DNA of 62,757 bases, filler included, from Choristocarpus tenellus KU-1152 (GCA_964200185.2; 11 parts of 11 records of this genome joined end to end with filler, not necessarily neighbours in it); one strand, 5' to 3'; positions 1 to 13,651 are shown, counted from the whole stretch's first letter. Notes: generated from the letters alone by a model not told the origin. Numbers and translations: made by a program.

Positions 1-240
1 GGGTAGAGCCGCGTCCATTTGGGGATCAAAATCCAATGTTGCGATTTTGACGTAATTTTGTTTATTGTATTTTTTAGGAAGTGTCAATATCCATGTTCCG
101 GACACACCTTTTCATAATGTATACATTTTACCTACTTTGAAACATTTTTGAGTAGGAAAATGTCCCAAAAAAACATGGGAAGCCAAGCCCCAAAGTGGAC
201 AAACAGGGCAAAACCCATCCCCTCTAAGATACCCTCACTC
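1..240 (+). mobile_element. Sola-type MITE copy 1 (left end cut by window edge)
   Basis: Aligns by eye with the copies at 14125-14382 and 41089-41347; ends CCCTCTAAGATACCCTCACTC at 240. Confidence 0.85.
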
Positions 241-249
241 ATCACTAGC

Positions 250-1250
250 AGCATCTATTTTCTTATAAAGTACTCCATAATGTCACAAACAGTATCGCCT
301 GGACAAAGTCAGATCAACGAAAAATATGCGTAACTCATCACAGAGTAGCTCCAAGGAAAAATGAAAGGAAAACATGGGAATGGACTCAATTGCACCAGAA
401 AAACGATCCGATACCATTCTAACATACCATAGTAACACTTAGTTTTTCCTTTCTTTGACTGAGAGAACTTTATTCCTAAACGCACTGAATATGCCATCAA
501 TATTGGACATTATTGCAACTATCAAGCTGGGTTTGCTGCAGCAAACTTGTAGGAAATTTTGATTACTTCCAGTATAACAACATTTGGTACCATGCCTTCT
601 ACAGTGAACATCCATATGATTGGAGACGTCTTTTGTGTATGAATAATTTCTGTGCTTACTCTGCTTTCTTTTGGTATGAAGGTACCAAGGATATATTTCC
701 AAAACCTATTTGCTGGAATGTTTATATCTGAATAAGATATTTTTACTGGAATTTGCAGTAGTATGATATTTTTTTCTGTTGTACAGATAGTGACAAGAGG
801 ATGATGCAAAAAAGAGTTTGAGTGAAAGTATCTTAGAGGACACGAGTTTTGCCCTGTTTGTCCATTTGGGGCTTGGCTTCCCATGGGTCTTTTTATTACA
901 TTTCCTTACTCCAAGATATTTCGGAGACGATAAAATGTATACGTTATGAAAAGGTGTGTCACGAACAAGGATATTGACACTTCCTAACAAACACAACAGC
1001 CAAAATTACATCAAAACTGCAAAATTGGATTTTGGCCCCCAAATGGACGCGGCCCCACCCTCTAAGATACTTTGACTCTTTGGTTGAGTCTCATTTTAAT
1101 GTACTAAAAAACTCCATAAATCTTGAACAGTATCTAAGGCATTCTAGCCATTCTTTTTTATCGTCAGACACTATCTCAGGCTATGAACAAACTCTACCAA
1201 GGAAAAGTTGTTATCAGATAGCGTATCACCTTCATGAGAGTACGGAGGGA
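250..1250 (+). pseudogene. Degenerate Penelope-like retroelement reverse transcriptase remnant, interrupted by MITE copy 2
   Basis: Broken frames read RYHSNIP (cf. SLYTNIP), NFDYFQYNNIWYH (cf. NNYFxFNxxxYxQ), FPKPICWNVYI (cf. PKPxxWxRYIDD) and, after the MITE, KNSINLEQYLRHSSHS (cf. KPTNxxQYLHxxSxHP). Motifs are in the expected order, with many stops. Confidence 0.6.
820..1078 (-). mobile_element. Sola-type MITE copy 2 (complete, 259 bp)
   Basis: Begins GAGTGAAAGTATCTTAGAGG and ends CCCTCTAAGATACTTTGACTC; inner GTCCATTTGGGG/CCCCAAATGGAC inverted pair; flanks gttt/tttg give no perfect 4-bp TSD. Confidence 0.9.
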
Positions 1251-4152
1251 CATCTTGTGTATAATATGTATCTCCAGAAGGCAGTCAATCGAGATCGTGG
1301 CATTGGTACCAAGAGACTGAAGTAAATGGATATCTGAAGGACTAGGGTTCCAAGGTGTGCGCAAGTTGCTCTCTCCTGAAAGACTGATATCCAGACTCCA
1401 AAGGGTGCCCCAGTCCTTTGCCGTGTGAGGCACTGGAGATGTACAAACAGCCTAAACAAGGTGCACTGAAAGGTGGGAAGGTTGAGAAGGTGAATGTGGC
1501 AGGGGGAAGAGGAGGGTGAGGGGTTATCGTTTTCAAGGCAGGCATGAACTGTAACAAGAATTTAAAATGAAGGCAAGGAGGAATGCTATCGAAAGGGACA
1601 TTTAGGATCCAATATGAAATGGTATTATTCCAGTGTATCTGTGTCCATAGCACCATATAGTAGTTATCCCAATTGAATAAGCATGTATGAGATACTAATC
1701 AATATGGTGCCATTTTTGCTACAACTTTTCCCATACGCTGAATACTTCTTGGGTGATCAATTCCAGGGCAATGGTGATATCCATTGAATATGTCATAGTA
1801 GTGGTGGTATCACTCAAGAATATCTTTTAGCTTGTTCCACTCAAGCAGTGCAAGCAAGAGTAGAAGGTGTCGTAATGCGTAACGCAGAAAGCAAATCCTA
1901 CATATCGTCCACCTGAGGAAAGAACCAAGGAGAATCAACAGTGGCAGCATTATCATCACTTCGACCGTTTGCAGTAGTTGACTGTGTCAGGACATTGAAA
2001 ATTATGGAGTCATGTCCAATGATCTTCTATGGTGGTGTGAGGAACCAGGGCAGGGGTAGGAACGGGTGAGGCAGCAAGGAAAGTCAGCATACAGGACCAA
2101 GCTTGCAAGAACATCACTGCTACCTTGATATATTCCAAGCTTTTATGTCTCGTATATGCTCTATAGTTGGCTCCTAGCTGGTCGCAAGATGGGTCATACT
2201 TGGTGTGAACGGATGCTGCAATTGAACAACTTGTCCCAAAGTGCGGATCAAAAGATGAATGACAGGGCAAAGAAGGGTGTTGGGAGAGGTAGGGGTATTG
2301 CGCGTGGATCATGGTTATCGTCTTGGGAGATACAAAGGGCTGATGAAAGAGTCTTCTTCGTTATAGGCAGTGATATCGAAGTGGCCTGTATACAGAGGAG
2401 GTAATACAATTCTGAACTGCAGTCCACAAAGGCTGCATTTGTGTCACCTGACTAGCTTCGATTACACTCCTGTGTGGTGATACCACGATTTTGCTGGACA
2501 CTCGTAATTTCTGTTCCACCCGTAAATCAATACAGTCTTGAGAAGGGACATATCCTGACCATGAAACCAACATGGGTCAGATCCTCACCTCCTCACCATC
2601 GACATCATCGGCAAAGGTGGATGCCAGAGCTCCAAACAGGAGGAGATAGAGCTACCGCAAGGTGAATCTGTATTGGTTCAGGGGTTAGTCTGGGTTAGGC
2701 TTGATCTGCGTGATCTGTGTGTCTCATCCCAGGGTTCGGTGACCTGAGTTAATGAGATCCGTTACTGTTGTAGGTGGTGATGTTGTTAAGGGTAATGATT
2801 GGCGTGGGAACTGCGTTGTCTGAAAGGACGTTATATGAAAGAAGAGGGAGGCGAGATAGAGGAAGAAGTTAGTTTGACTAGGAGAGGGAGCAAGGAGGGG
2901 AGGGGGGGGGGTACTTAGTGACGCAGCGAATGAGATGTTTCTGATGAACTCCTCGAGGGCAAGCCCGATCATTTGGACCTAGATACATCTCGAGAATTCT
3001 GGGGCTTTCTGTGCAGACGTCTTTCTGGCGCCGAACCTTGGGTAGTGACGCCTTTTCCACCTTTTTAATGTTTCTGGGGATGATGGCACCAAGGTGGCGC
3101 CCGTACAGATAGGCTCATCACAGATGAAAACAAACGCAACTTTGCCACCATGTAAATTTCATCATTACCAACATTAACTGTCATCATGAAACCGTTTAGA
3201 AAAAAACATATATTTCTCTTTGGTTATTTCTTTTGTCAGATCCAGCCTGTAGTACCAATCAAAATGCCTCCTGTGCTCTAGTCTCCACCCCAAACCAATC
3301 AACATGCCTCGCTAACTCGACCATGCACTATTCAGGTATTTTTTTTACCACAATATTTGGTGCGACTTGATTGGTCGATTCAAATGCCAAGTTTACAGTA
3401 TATTTGTGTGGAGGACTACCTCATGACACACCAGTTTGAAGTGGTACCCAGTGAATATACAGGGGTTTTGCCTTCGTGTACCATGCGTCGTAAGGTATTT
3501 AATTAATTGTTTCGAGAGTATAATGCCATGCACGTGAAGGGGGGCTAGGTACTATATAACATGTGTTACGTGGAAGCTATTTTTGAGATCATGGGATATA
3601 GTTCGATTGGTAATTCACAGGTGAAATGTGCAAGTTATTGATTTTTTTACAATACGATTCTTCTTTCAAATTGTGTAGTATATAATCCAAAAAATCATTC
3701 AGTAGAGCGTACGGAAATAAAATGGTAGGTGAATACATGCAAGAAGAGCATGGGACAGATATTTTACCTCTACCCAAAGGTATAACAGTCGCGGTTGGTA
3801 TGCTCGTGTGTAGAGTAAACAGGAGGCTACTATCTGTAACAGCCGATCATCAAAATTGAGGATAAGCGAGACGCGGATTGGTGTGCGGAAAGTGTACATA
3901 TGTTAAAATATATATATATATTGCGGCACTTTTGGAAGGCCCCGCTACGAATGGGAATCCATCCCGACGAAGGTGTTAGTAGGACAGTGTGTGGGGGGCG
4001 GCAACGATATCATTTGATCGTCGTGTACATGTATGCCCTGCGTTGGCTTGCTTGCTTGAATAATTTGTGCGGTCGGTGGAGTCGTTTGACTGTCGATGGT
4101 GACGGTGGTAGAAAATAATAGTACTTCGAAGTAGTTTTTTTCGGGGCGGCGT

Positions 4153-4252
4153 NNNNNNNNNNNNNNNNNNNNNNNNNNNNNNNNNNNNNNNNNNNNTTAA
4201 TTAATTAANNNNNNNNNNNNNNNNNNNNNNNNNNNNNNNNNNNNNNNNNNNN
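4153..4252. other. Assembly spacer N44-TTAATTAATTAA-N44 (first of ten; others at 11021, 28414, 35328, 38420, 43845, 47645, 51474, 55625, 59516)
   Basis: Identical 100-nt spacer carrying a six-frame stop linker; artificial contig join. Confidence 0.98.
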
Positions 4253-4366
4253 CCTCCAGTCATCTCTAGGTTATATTTCTGGTCAAAGACATGTGTATAC
4301 TGTTGGCAAGTAACGCCTCTGAACGTGCACAGTGAGGGCTAGCACTGCGCTCTCTTCTTCTCTCAC

Positions 4367-7300
4367 CTTATCTCTGTGACCACCCCATCCAAAAACCTTG
4401 CCAGATAAGCACACAGCAAGGGACTGGCACTCTCCCGAGGCTACCTGCAAAACGATCTCACCCATCAGATCTCCTTTCACCTTAGTGAGAGACAGACCAG
4501 AGCAGTGTGGCCATGGTAAGATGGTAGACACACAGGGTTGGGACAAGGAAAAATACCCTGGGCAGGGGTGGGCTTGTTGTCGGGTGGTAGCAACTACTCG
4601 CAAATAGATCATACAAAATGAAACAGCATCTTCCCCCCAAGGTTGTAGAGAGAAATACACCACATCACTTGACCCCCATTTTCTCATTTTCTCATGGAAG
4701 TGATGATTATCCTCACAAAAAAGCATCACGGTGCCATTCTTAGCCTTTGTGCTATGAATGATGGAGGTATTATCTGCACCTAAATCACCTGTCCAGATTG
4801 TTAAAGCATACCAACAACTGTCCAGTTCCTTGCACATCAATCAATTGTCAGGTGGGCAGTGAGTAATATCTAACATATTTTTGTGCCTGATATATACAGC
4901 ACATATAAGTGTAGGTTAAGACGCTGGGCACTTGCCTAAACATGCTTTGGGTGAGGAAGGACCTGCCATATCATGGCAAAAAATAGCCGAAGCCCCAAAC
5001 CCCTCCAAAGTCTGAAAACAGAGTCATTCGAAGATGTGAATATCAAGATTTTGATATTGACAAAAAGCAAAGATTCCACACTGTTACAGCATAACACAGA
5101 AGAAGGGAAAGTATATATAGACTGTGGAGCATGAGGTACTCCTGATTTGTACCCATGTGTACCTGGACAACATGTCTACACACTATTCTTTTGATCAAAG
5201 GAGCTAGAAAGAGTTTCTCATTTGACTGTCAACATATGCGTGATGTGGTTCTCTCTTGGGAACCCTCATGGACACATTGAATCGGAAGTGTTGAATTCTC
5301 AGTTGTCTTTTCAGAGACCAAGACTACCCTCCTACACACCTTAGGCTCTTGCAGAGCATATATTTTGAGGTTACTGGAAAATATTTAGAAAATAATATAT
5401 ATATATATATATATTCACACACACATATTTGAATGTATCACTCTTCTCAAGAAAGCTTGGGTACTTGCTGTTTCAGTGTCATTCAATCATTTCTATTCAC
5501 CTTGCAATTCGAAATTTCTTTGTTACAAGTGGACTCACGCGACAGGTGACATCTTTGAGTATGAATGATCATGAGAGTCTTATTGATATCAAATCTGCCC
5601 TCTTTAAGACAACAAACGCCATCATAGTTCCACCTGTGCAGGAAATATCTCATCTCCATCCCGTCCCAGGCCCCCATCCTCCCCTGCACCCCAGGTAAAG
5701 ACCCTTCCATCCACAGTCAGGGCTGCAGTGAAGATAGATCCGCATGCTACCATGGTAATCTTCATGGTGATACAACCACCACGATTCCAGTGGGCATCGA
5801 ATTTCAGGTCAAGGGAACGGACAGAGAGGGGTGGGGGGGCGAGTTGGTGCTTGGAGAAGGGGTCTCAATAAGACCTGGGTGGATGAACCTAGTAGAGCTG
5901 ATGGTTGAGTACAAACATCACGATCCCATCAAGGTGCATGTGTGATGGGCATGGAGTAAATTGGAGATACCGACAAGAATGTCCACTGTCCAGATTCATC
6001 CGGTCTCCCATCAGACAACAATCCTCTTACCCTCTCTGAAAGGAGACCTGGCAATGTCCTCGGCAAGCGGACGCCCAAGATGTCCTCGCCAAGGCCCAAC
6101 TGCAAAAACATGTATCAGTTAGCACATGGGAGACACATCATTGCTGCCGTCATACGTTTCTCATCGGGCAAAGCAAGCAGTCACAGCATTGTAGCTTGGT
6201 TGAATGCACAAGGGAATGGGGGTTGGGAGTGTGCACATTGTACAAGTTTTGATTGCATCCCATATCTACATTGTTATCATTTGTGCGAAACTTGTAGCAT
6301 TCACGCAGTCATATACCGTGGGTGGCAATCTTAGCGGTACATGAATTGCACCTTCAAACCGGAGATGCAAATATTTTGGGGTAATGAATCAGGTCGAGAT
6401 CTCTGTGAGGAAATTGGGAATTTGAGACAACCCCTGATCAACGATATCTGCCTAGAGGGCGGTACACCAATATTGTGCTGCACCAACACAGTCTCTCCAT
6501 TCCGCCGGTCTGAGGAAAGGGTGTAAGCTCTAGAAACAATGTCTCCACCAAGCAAAACCAATGCATGTCATGTAGGATCCAACAACCAACAGCCTTGCAA
6601 GACACACAGCCAAAATGGTGAATTCTGAGGCACGTGCTCCAACACCATGAAATTGTGCCGGTTGTTGATATATAATCACTACGTGACCAAATCACCCTGC
6701 AATAGTTGTGAAGCAATGGGTCCCTTGCAACAAATCGTGGTTAGATTTTCTCGTCAAAGAGGTCCTTTCTAGACTGTAGCGTAAGACCATGTAAAGTACT
6801 CATTGCCTTGAGGTACATGACTCATACACATTGTCTATCTCCTTCCTCAGAGGGGTGAAAACTACCGTGGCGATACTGCTGAGAGGAAGACATGTAAGAG
6901 ATGTCTGACCTGGCCACAGCATCCATCCCCACAGATCATGACCCTTCCTGGAGCCTTGAAATACCTGCAAGGAATCAAACACGCTTGATTGAGTATAACT
7001 GGTTCTATATATATTATCATATGTGCTGTTCAAGAGCTTACTGCAGCTCATCGAGGCCTGAGTCAGAAGGGAGGACTGAGTTTGATTGCAATATGGCGCC
7101 CCGTGTACAAACCATCTACTATGCAGTCACCTACAAACCAGTGGCACCAGAAAATATCCTCAATTCACATCCTATGAGGTACTCTTGTGTGAAAAGCTCC
7201 CTTCCTCCAGAAATTCTACTAACACCACTTAGGTTAGGTCGTGTTAAGCCCCATGATGCTGCTCAAGTACTTGTCGATGCCAACAAAGCTCTTCTTAAAT

Positions 7301-10300
7301 ATACAGCCACAGAGGTACCACTGCACAAGGCCAGGAGCATCCCCACCGCCTAGCCTATGGGGGAGCATAGCATGAGTATCAAGAAGGAACTTGCTATGCA
7401 GCATATTGAGGGGAAAGGAGAACTGGAAAGTGTACCAATTCCACTCAGGCTGCTACTAATATTCGAAAGCCATCCATCCCTTATCACCAATACATTCATG
7501 ACCTCCAATTCGAGTTTTTTCCTGTTTGTCTATTTGGAGCTTGACTTCCCACGGTCTTCTTCATGACATTTTTGCCCACTTCAAAATGTCATGAAATAGG
7601 TAAAATGTTTAAGTTATTAAAAGGAGTGTCCGAGACAAGGATATTAACATCTCCTAACAAACATGATAACCAAAATTACATCAAATTGCAGCATTGGAGT
7701 TTGGCCCCCGAATAGACGCAACTCCACCCTCTAAGATACTTTTACTCATTCCAGTACCCCATCTTGTTGCCGACTGCAGAGTGTGGTACTCTCTTCTGCT
7801 CGTCCATCACACTGTTGCATACGTACTTGCAGACCCGTTCCCCTCTCATATCTATTCCATGACAAGATCATATTCCTCAAGACAGGTCATAAATCATCCA
7901 GGTAGGATGCGAAAATTTATAAAAAGCATCTTGCTGCGATACAGACCCGCTGCAGCACAGGGGCATCTGCTGCAGAGCAAAATCCGCTAAGAATGGTTTG
8001 AAGCGCGTTATGAATCCAAAGTTGCTGGCAGTGAGGGCATAGCCGTGCTGCACAGAAGGAAGTCTGGGAAGACGACTGAACATCGAGAACAAGCCTCGGG
8101 CATGATACTCCCAACACAGGAACCATCAATACGCCCATCATTAGCAGTAGTACCTCAGTGCAATTGTTTCTTGAGATTGTCACCAAAGCCCTTGTCAAAC
8201 ACTTCTCTGTGTACCGCACACGCTCTGCAATATGTATTGACCTGAACGTACCTTCTCTTCAGCACGGTGGATTGAGACAGGTAGTCGGCAATGTAAGGGG
8301 ACATGTCTTGAGCGGGGTCCTCTTCCATTGCCTTGGCCACGAGAATATTAAACCTACCAAGTGGTAGACATTTCCACCGGTTCAAGAGGATGAGTGCAAT
8401 GAGGTGGGGATCCAGATCAATTGGTAGACAGTATGGCTTGTATCTCACAAAGGAGAGGAATGCACACACATTACTGTAGAAATTCTTAAGCTCCTCCAGC
8501 AAGGTGATCTTCATCATGTGAGTTTTACATTGTGTGAAGGAATGCATGCATTTGTTGGTTGCAAAAGGATGAGAAGAAGAATGTAGTTGGGATAGAGTAT
8601 GAACAACCCCGACATTTTGGGAGTACAGTACAGTAAAGGAAGGGACTGCTGGTTTGCAACCTAAGAGAATAGTTATGGAACTGAAGAGGTGGTGTCATCA
8701 ACAGGATCGAAAATAATGACTGATGATATTTCCTGCTTTGAACCGGGAGGACTACCTGGCATTCAGATCATCAACCATCTCTTCTCCAGTTCTTGAGATG
8801 GCCTGTTCGATTGTCAGGGTACCTGTGTCTCCCGTTGGAAACTCAGCAATGGCCGCCAAGTGCTAGTGTGGAGTAGGGTAACAGAGGGCAAGTGGAGGCA
8901 TCAGAGCATCAACACCAACTAAGAGGATATTGGATTTCTACATAATGTGCTTTCTTTCAAGGGCGAGCACTAGATGTTTCAGCTACTTCTTCTGAATGTA
9001 CCACTACAGTGCAAACCAGCACCAACTTACACTGCCACTATGAAATCATTCCAAGCAGCCCTAAATATATGATGATTGGGTCGATCTGTGGGGTATGACT
9101 ACAATATCTTTGCATGATATGCCTCTCGGAGGTTGATTCCTCCAAGCCACTCATCCAAGTGAGCTGTGGGTTGTGGAGGGGAACCAGGGCACAACCAGTC
9201 CACACAAGAATAGGGAGAAACCTAAACTTGGTGACAGACATAACGTATCTGAGAGGGAGGAGTGAAGGGAACTGACACATGATCTGCATCTATGAGCCAG
9301 AATGGTGTGGCGTGATGAGATGAGCAGAAGGTAATGTATGTTATGGTATTCTCCTCAATCCGAGTGAATACACCTTTGTTGTGTGGCCCCCCTTTGGCAT
9401 CCAATTTATCCCCGTCAAGAAGGCATGGCGCAAAGATGCATACCATGATCATGGGGAGAGTTCTATGGTGCTTTCACTTCCTTATCACTACTCTGGCAAT
9501 TACAGGTTATCACGATGCAGGCCATTTTGCATGGTGTGAGTATGTGTTGATTGTTCAAATCCCTGGTCTCCTTATCCCTTTCTCGACTAGTTTCATTCTC
9601 CCTGGTCGATATGTGATGGAAACATTCAAAGGAAGGACATATCTTTTAAAAAACAAATTACAAAGACTGACTACAAAAGCAGTCCATGTGCATTGTGGTT
9701 GGAGATAACCGTTCATCTCTTTGCGAGACTAAGCTTGTAGATCAATGTGGAATTCCATTTCACGCCAAAATTGGACTTGCACCGCCCAATGACGGAGGGT
9801 CTCAAAAACAAAACAGGCTTTATCTGCGCATCAAGTGTCATTCTGTCTTCTACCCGAGTCAAAGTGTCTTAGAGGGTAAAGTCGTGTCCGTTTGGGGTCC
9901 AAAATCCAATTCTACGATTTTGATGTAATTTTGGCTATTGTGTTTTTTAGGAACTGTCAACATCCTTGTTCCAGACACACCTTCTCATAACGTACACATT
10001 TTACCTACTCCAAAACATTTTAGAGTAGGAAAATGTTGTAAGAAAAAAACGTGGGAAGCCAAGCCCCAAATGGACAAACAGGGACGTACCTTTGGCTGTC
10101 CAAAGGTGAAGGGTGCGGTACCCATTATCTCCCCTGCACCTTCACCTCCAACAGTGAGAACCTCTTCTTCCATGCCACTAGGGTGCTCCTGGGGCCTCCC
10201 ACCTCTCCCCCGTGGAGTCCGTGGCATTGGTGGGCCCATGTTCTCACCTCCCCTCAATGGCATCTTGAAGGAGTTGCTCACAAACGGCGATGGTAGCAGG

Positions 10301-11020
10301 AAGCTCCCTGTAAGATAGAACAGGTTGTTACCCTCTCGTATTTGTGTAATGGCAGAACTTCCTTACAAGGACATTATCAATGACAATGGAGTCGCATTCA
10401 TTACAGTGGTGTCTGTAACTCCTGAGATTGAACAGTTCCTGGGCTAAAAGCAAATCCCGATATGTACATCTATTTCCACACGGAGCCACTCCATGACAAA
10501 GCACCAAGGAGGGGGGCTCAAAGGATGAGTTGATTTACGGTGTCACAATCCAAGGTTACCAGCATTCCATACAGGAATGACAAGTAGGTTGTTGAATAGT
10601 CTTGTCAACAAGTTATGCGAGGAGAAACCATTATTGTCATCTCCCCATGTGGGCAATATTGACAGACTCTACATCCACCATCCCTTTGTACACAATAAAA
10701 TACTTACAATGGATACATACATACTGCTCAAATCGGAAAACACCTCTGGTACATTGACTCTATCTCTCTTCATGCATACACACTCCTACCTTCTCTAGTG
10801 CAGCCCTCAGACAACAAGACACCCCTACAAGAGCCTAATCCCAAGTGTATCTCTGACCCCAGGCAATCAGTAGGTCTGAGTGATCCCCAAGTCCATATTC
10901 AAGAAACTATTCAAAATACTATTCCCATTGAAAGTCTTGTTTACCTGTGCCAGGTGTGACAGACGTGGTTGCAGGCCTTGAATGATCGTTGTATCCCCTA
11001 CCTGCACTCTCTTCCCCCCA
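4367..11020 (-). CDS. RCC1: RCC1-like (regulator of chromosome condensation repeat) protein, partial, spliced
   Basis: Phase-compatible GT-AG exons: 11020-10945; 10307-10090 (EVLTVGGEGAGEIMG); 5849-5634 (KITMVACGSIFTAALTVDGRVFTWGAGEDGGLGRDGDEIFPAQ); 4480-4367 (VKGDLMGEIVLQVASGECQSLAVCLSGKVFGWGGHRDK). These are RCC1 repeats, and the second ends in a WGxxRD signature like RCC1 proper. Both ends are lost in gaps. Confidence 0.8.
6100..8550 (-). mobile_element. Highly degenerate copia-like LTR retrotransposon remnant in RCC1 intron
   Basis: Fragmentary frames resemble GAG-pre-integrase (VYESCTSRQ) and integrase core (GGDIVSRAY...QHNIGV, cf. GGEFxSxxF...PQxNGV); no LTRs seen; boundaries approximate. 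Confidence 0.35.
7511..7747 (-). mobile_element. Sola-type MITE copy 3 (diverged, one TIR missing)
   Basis: Matches the body of copy 2; ends CCCTCTAAGATACTTTTACTC at 7747. Confidence 0.8.
9856..10083 (+). mobile_element. Sola-type MITE copy 4 (right TIR missing)
   Basis: Starts GAGTCAAAGTGTCTTAGAGGG, runs to CCCCAAATGGACAAACAGGG, then abuts an RCC1 splice donor. Confidence 0.85.
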
Positions 11021-11431
11021 NNNNNNNNNNNNNNNNNNNNNNNNNNNNNNNNNNNNNNNNNNNNTTAATTAATTAANNNNNNNNNNNNNNNNNNNNNNNN
11101 NNNNNNNNNNNNNNNNNNNNAAGGGGTAAGGGCCTACAACCCGTGCTATGCGTGGAAAGCAAAAAAGGAGTGTGAATTCCTGAAGAAAAATGGGTTTTGC
11201 AGATACGACCATTTTGAGGGAAGGGGAGAAGAGAAAGAGAAGGAAGCCAAGACTGACGCAAACATTAAGAAAGATCCATGAGGACACGGGCCCACTCCTT
11301 CCCAGGGGGGGGCGGCAAGAGGAGACCAATGGACGTCAAGACTACCTCAACATCGACAAGGGACGTCGGGGATTCCAACACCAGGGTCAATACGCCGGAC
11401 ACTAACAGGTATAAAGGGGGGGGAGAAGGGA

Positions 11432-13651
11432 ATGATGGATGAATTTGAAGTTTGGTTGAGCATATGGCAGGAGTGGAAAAGAAAAAAGGATAGATTAATG
11501 GTAGGGGAGGGACTGGAGGAGTTGGCAAAAAGAGGGGAAGCACTAATAGGGAAGTGTGGGGGGGATTTGGAAACGTTAGTAGGTAGGTTAGGGGAAAGAT
11601 GGAGCCCCAAACGGTTGGATTGGGAGACGATTGACGACAATTTTGGGAAGAAGATCGGGTTCCCACAGATAGAGCAACTCCAACAAGTAGTGAATAAGGG
11701 AGTACCAATGTGTGTGAGGGGTACAGGCTGTGTTGAGAAGAGACTAGAGTACGGAAACCACATGAGTGCAAGCAGTAAGAAGGAGGCCCTACTAGCAAAA
11801 GTAGTGAGTGATGTGAACATGGGGAGAGCTTTGGTGTTTCCAAAAAGAATGTGGGGGAAGATTCCAGGATTGCAGGTGTCCCCAGTGGGTATAATTCAAG
11901 AACCCACGAAGGTAAGAATTATCCATGATTTGTCGTGCCAGCTAGAAGATTGGGGTCCGAGTGTGAATGATCAAACAGATTTAGAGGATGCCCCCCCCGT
12001 ACATTGTGGAACAGTGATAGGGGACGTGATGAGGAGAATTGTGGGCCTGAGGAAGAAGTTTCCGGGGAGGAGGATTATGATTAGTAAGATGGATGTGAAA
12101 GACGCTTTTCGCCAAGTGCCAGTAGAACCACGAGGGGCAGCAAAGTTTGGATACTGTGTTGGGAATTTGCTAGTGATTGATTTTCGACTCCAATTTGGGT
12201 GGAGGAATAGCCCGAGGTGGTGGGACCTTTTAGCGAGTGCACTTGAATTTTCACATTGTCATACAGATCCTAAGTCGACAGTAGTCCTGGAAGAGGCAGA
12301 AAAGATGACGGTAGGGGTAACATACTCGAAGCAGGAGGGCAGGAGGGAAGTTAGGATCATTGATGAGACATGGTAGGTGCAAGACATAGCAGGGGGGGGA
12401 GTGGAGGACCAATTTTTTGCCAGAATGTATGTAGATGATAGCATCTTAGTAGAGCCCCAATGGTTTGAGGATGGGAGGAGACTGTTGCTAGCAACAAATT
12501 CCCTAGTATCTGATCACGTACGGTTGCTAGGCCAGAGAGACGTAGACGAACCCCCCATTCTGTCCGGAAAAAAATTGACAGGATGGCATACCACACAGGT
12601 AGTGGTAGGATGGAAGATAGATACAGAGGCGATGACCATCGCCCTACCAGAAGGAAAATTGAAGGGACTGAAGGTATTGTTAGGGGAGTGGCCAGAATCG
12701 AAGGTGGAAGCGAGGGTGCAGGAGGTATGGGTTTTGCTGGGTCGACTCTTTCACATGTCGTATGTTATACGCCCAGGAAAATTTTCGTTGGCGGCTGGTA
12801 CACCTGTCAGGGTTGCACCAGAAACGGGGTTGGGTAGGTAGGATAGCAAGGGGGGGGGACAGGTTGAACAGAGGGAAGGCTTAAGAGAAGCAAATAGGAA
12901 AATTAGGATAGGTTCGGAATTCAAAGAAGACTTGAACTGGTGGAGGTGGGTGGTAGAACACGGGTTGGCTGAGGAGGGTGAGAACTTGAGCTCCCCGTTC
13001 TTGGGGTTTGTATCAAGATCACCAGGTACGACATGGTATTCAGATGCATGTTTTTCAGCAGTAGGAGGGTACAATGTAGAGACAGGTAAGTGGTGGAGAT
13101 ATGATTTCCCAGAACACGTGAAGAAGGATATTGAGCGTAGCGTGATGAGAGAAGAAAGGGGGGGTATCTCAATCAATGTTTTGGAGTTATTAGTAATGGT
13201 AATAAATGCATGGGTACTAGTAATGAAGGTAAAAGGGAAAGCAGAGAAGAAGGGAGACACAGTGTTGCTGAGAGGGGACAATTACTCGGCAGTGCATTGG
13301 TTCCGTAAGTGTGGGGGGGCAAAGGATAGGAGGGCAGGAGGTTTGATGAGAATAATGGGGGTGTTGGAAATAGCAGGGGAATGGTCATTTACAGCAGAAC
13401 ACGTAGCCGGGAAGCAGAACAATTTGGCAGATGGTATTTCAAGGTGGAAGAGGGATGAGATTCAACCTAACCTCCTACGTATGTGCCCACGCATTGACTG
13501 GCAGGAGCAGCCCCTGGGTCGGGAAGGGAAGATGGTGTGTTTGAGTGCCTTGCTGCAGTGTACGCCAGAGGATCGGTTGCACCATCTACTCAGAAGTGTT
13601 ATGAAGCAGCTTGGGACCAATGGTCTGAGTTCCGCACATATAGGGGACTGA
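11432..13651 (+). pseudogene. Reverse transcriptase-RNase H of YR retrotransposon
   Basis: RT motifs VSPVG, KVRIIHDLS, KMDVKDAFRQVPV, LQFGWRNSP, YVDD; RNase H motifs YSDAC, INVLELL, RGDNYSAV, HVAGKQNNLADGISR. In-frame TAG at 12374-12376 and a frameshift near 12785. Confidence 0.9.

Noticed and set aside
1340-3110. Retroelement-like degenerate coding texture on the minus strand (also about 30800-31450 and 32850-33550)
   Set aside because: Only weak hints ([15 protein letters not shown]) of Penelope N-termini; not enough to annotate.
12374-12376. Possible programmed readthrough of the in-frame TAG in the RT
   Set aside because: The same copy carries two frameshifts and a truncation, so decay is the simpler explanation.
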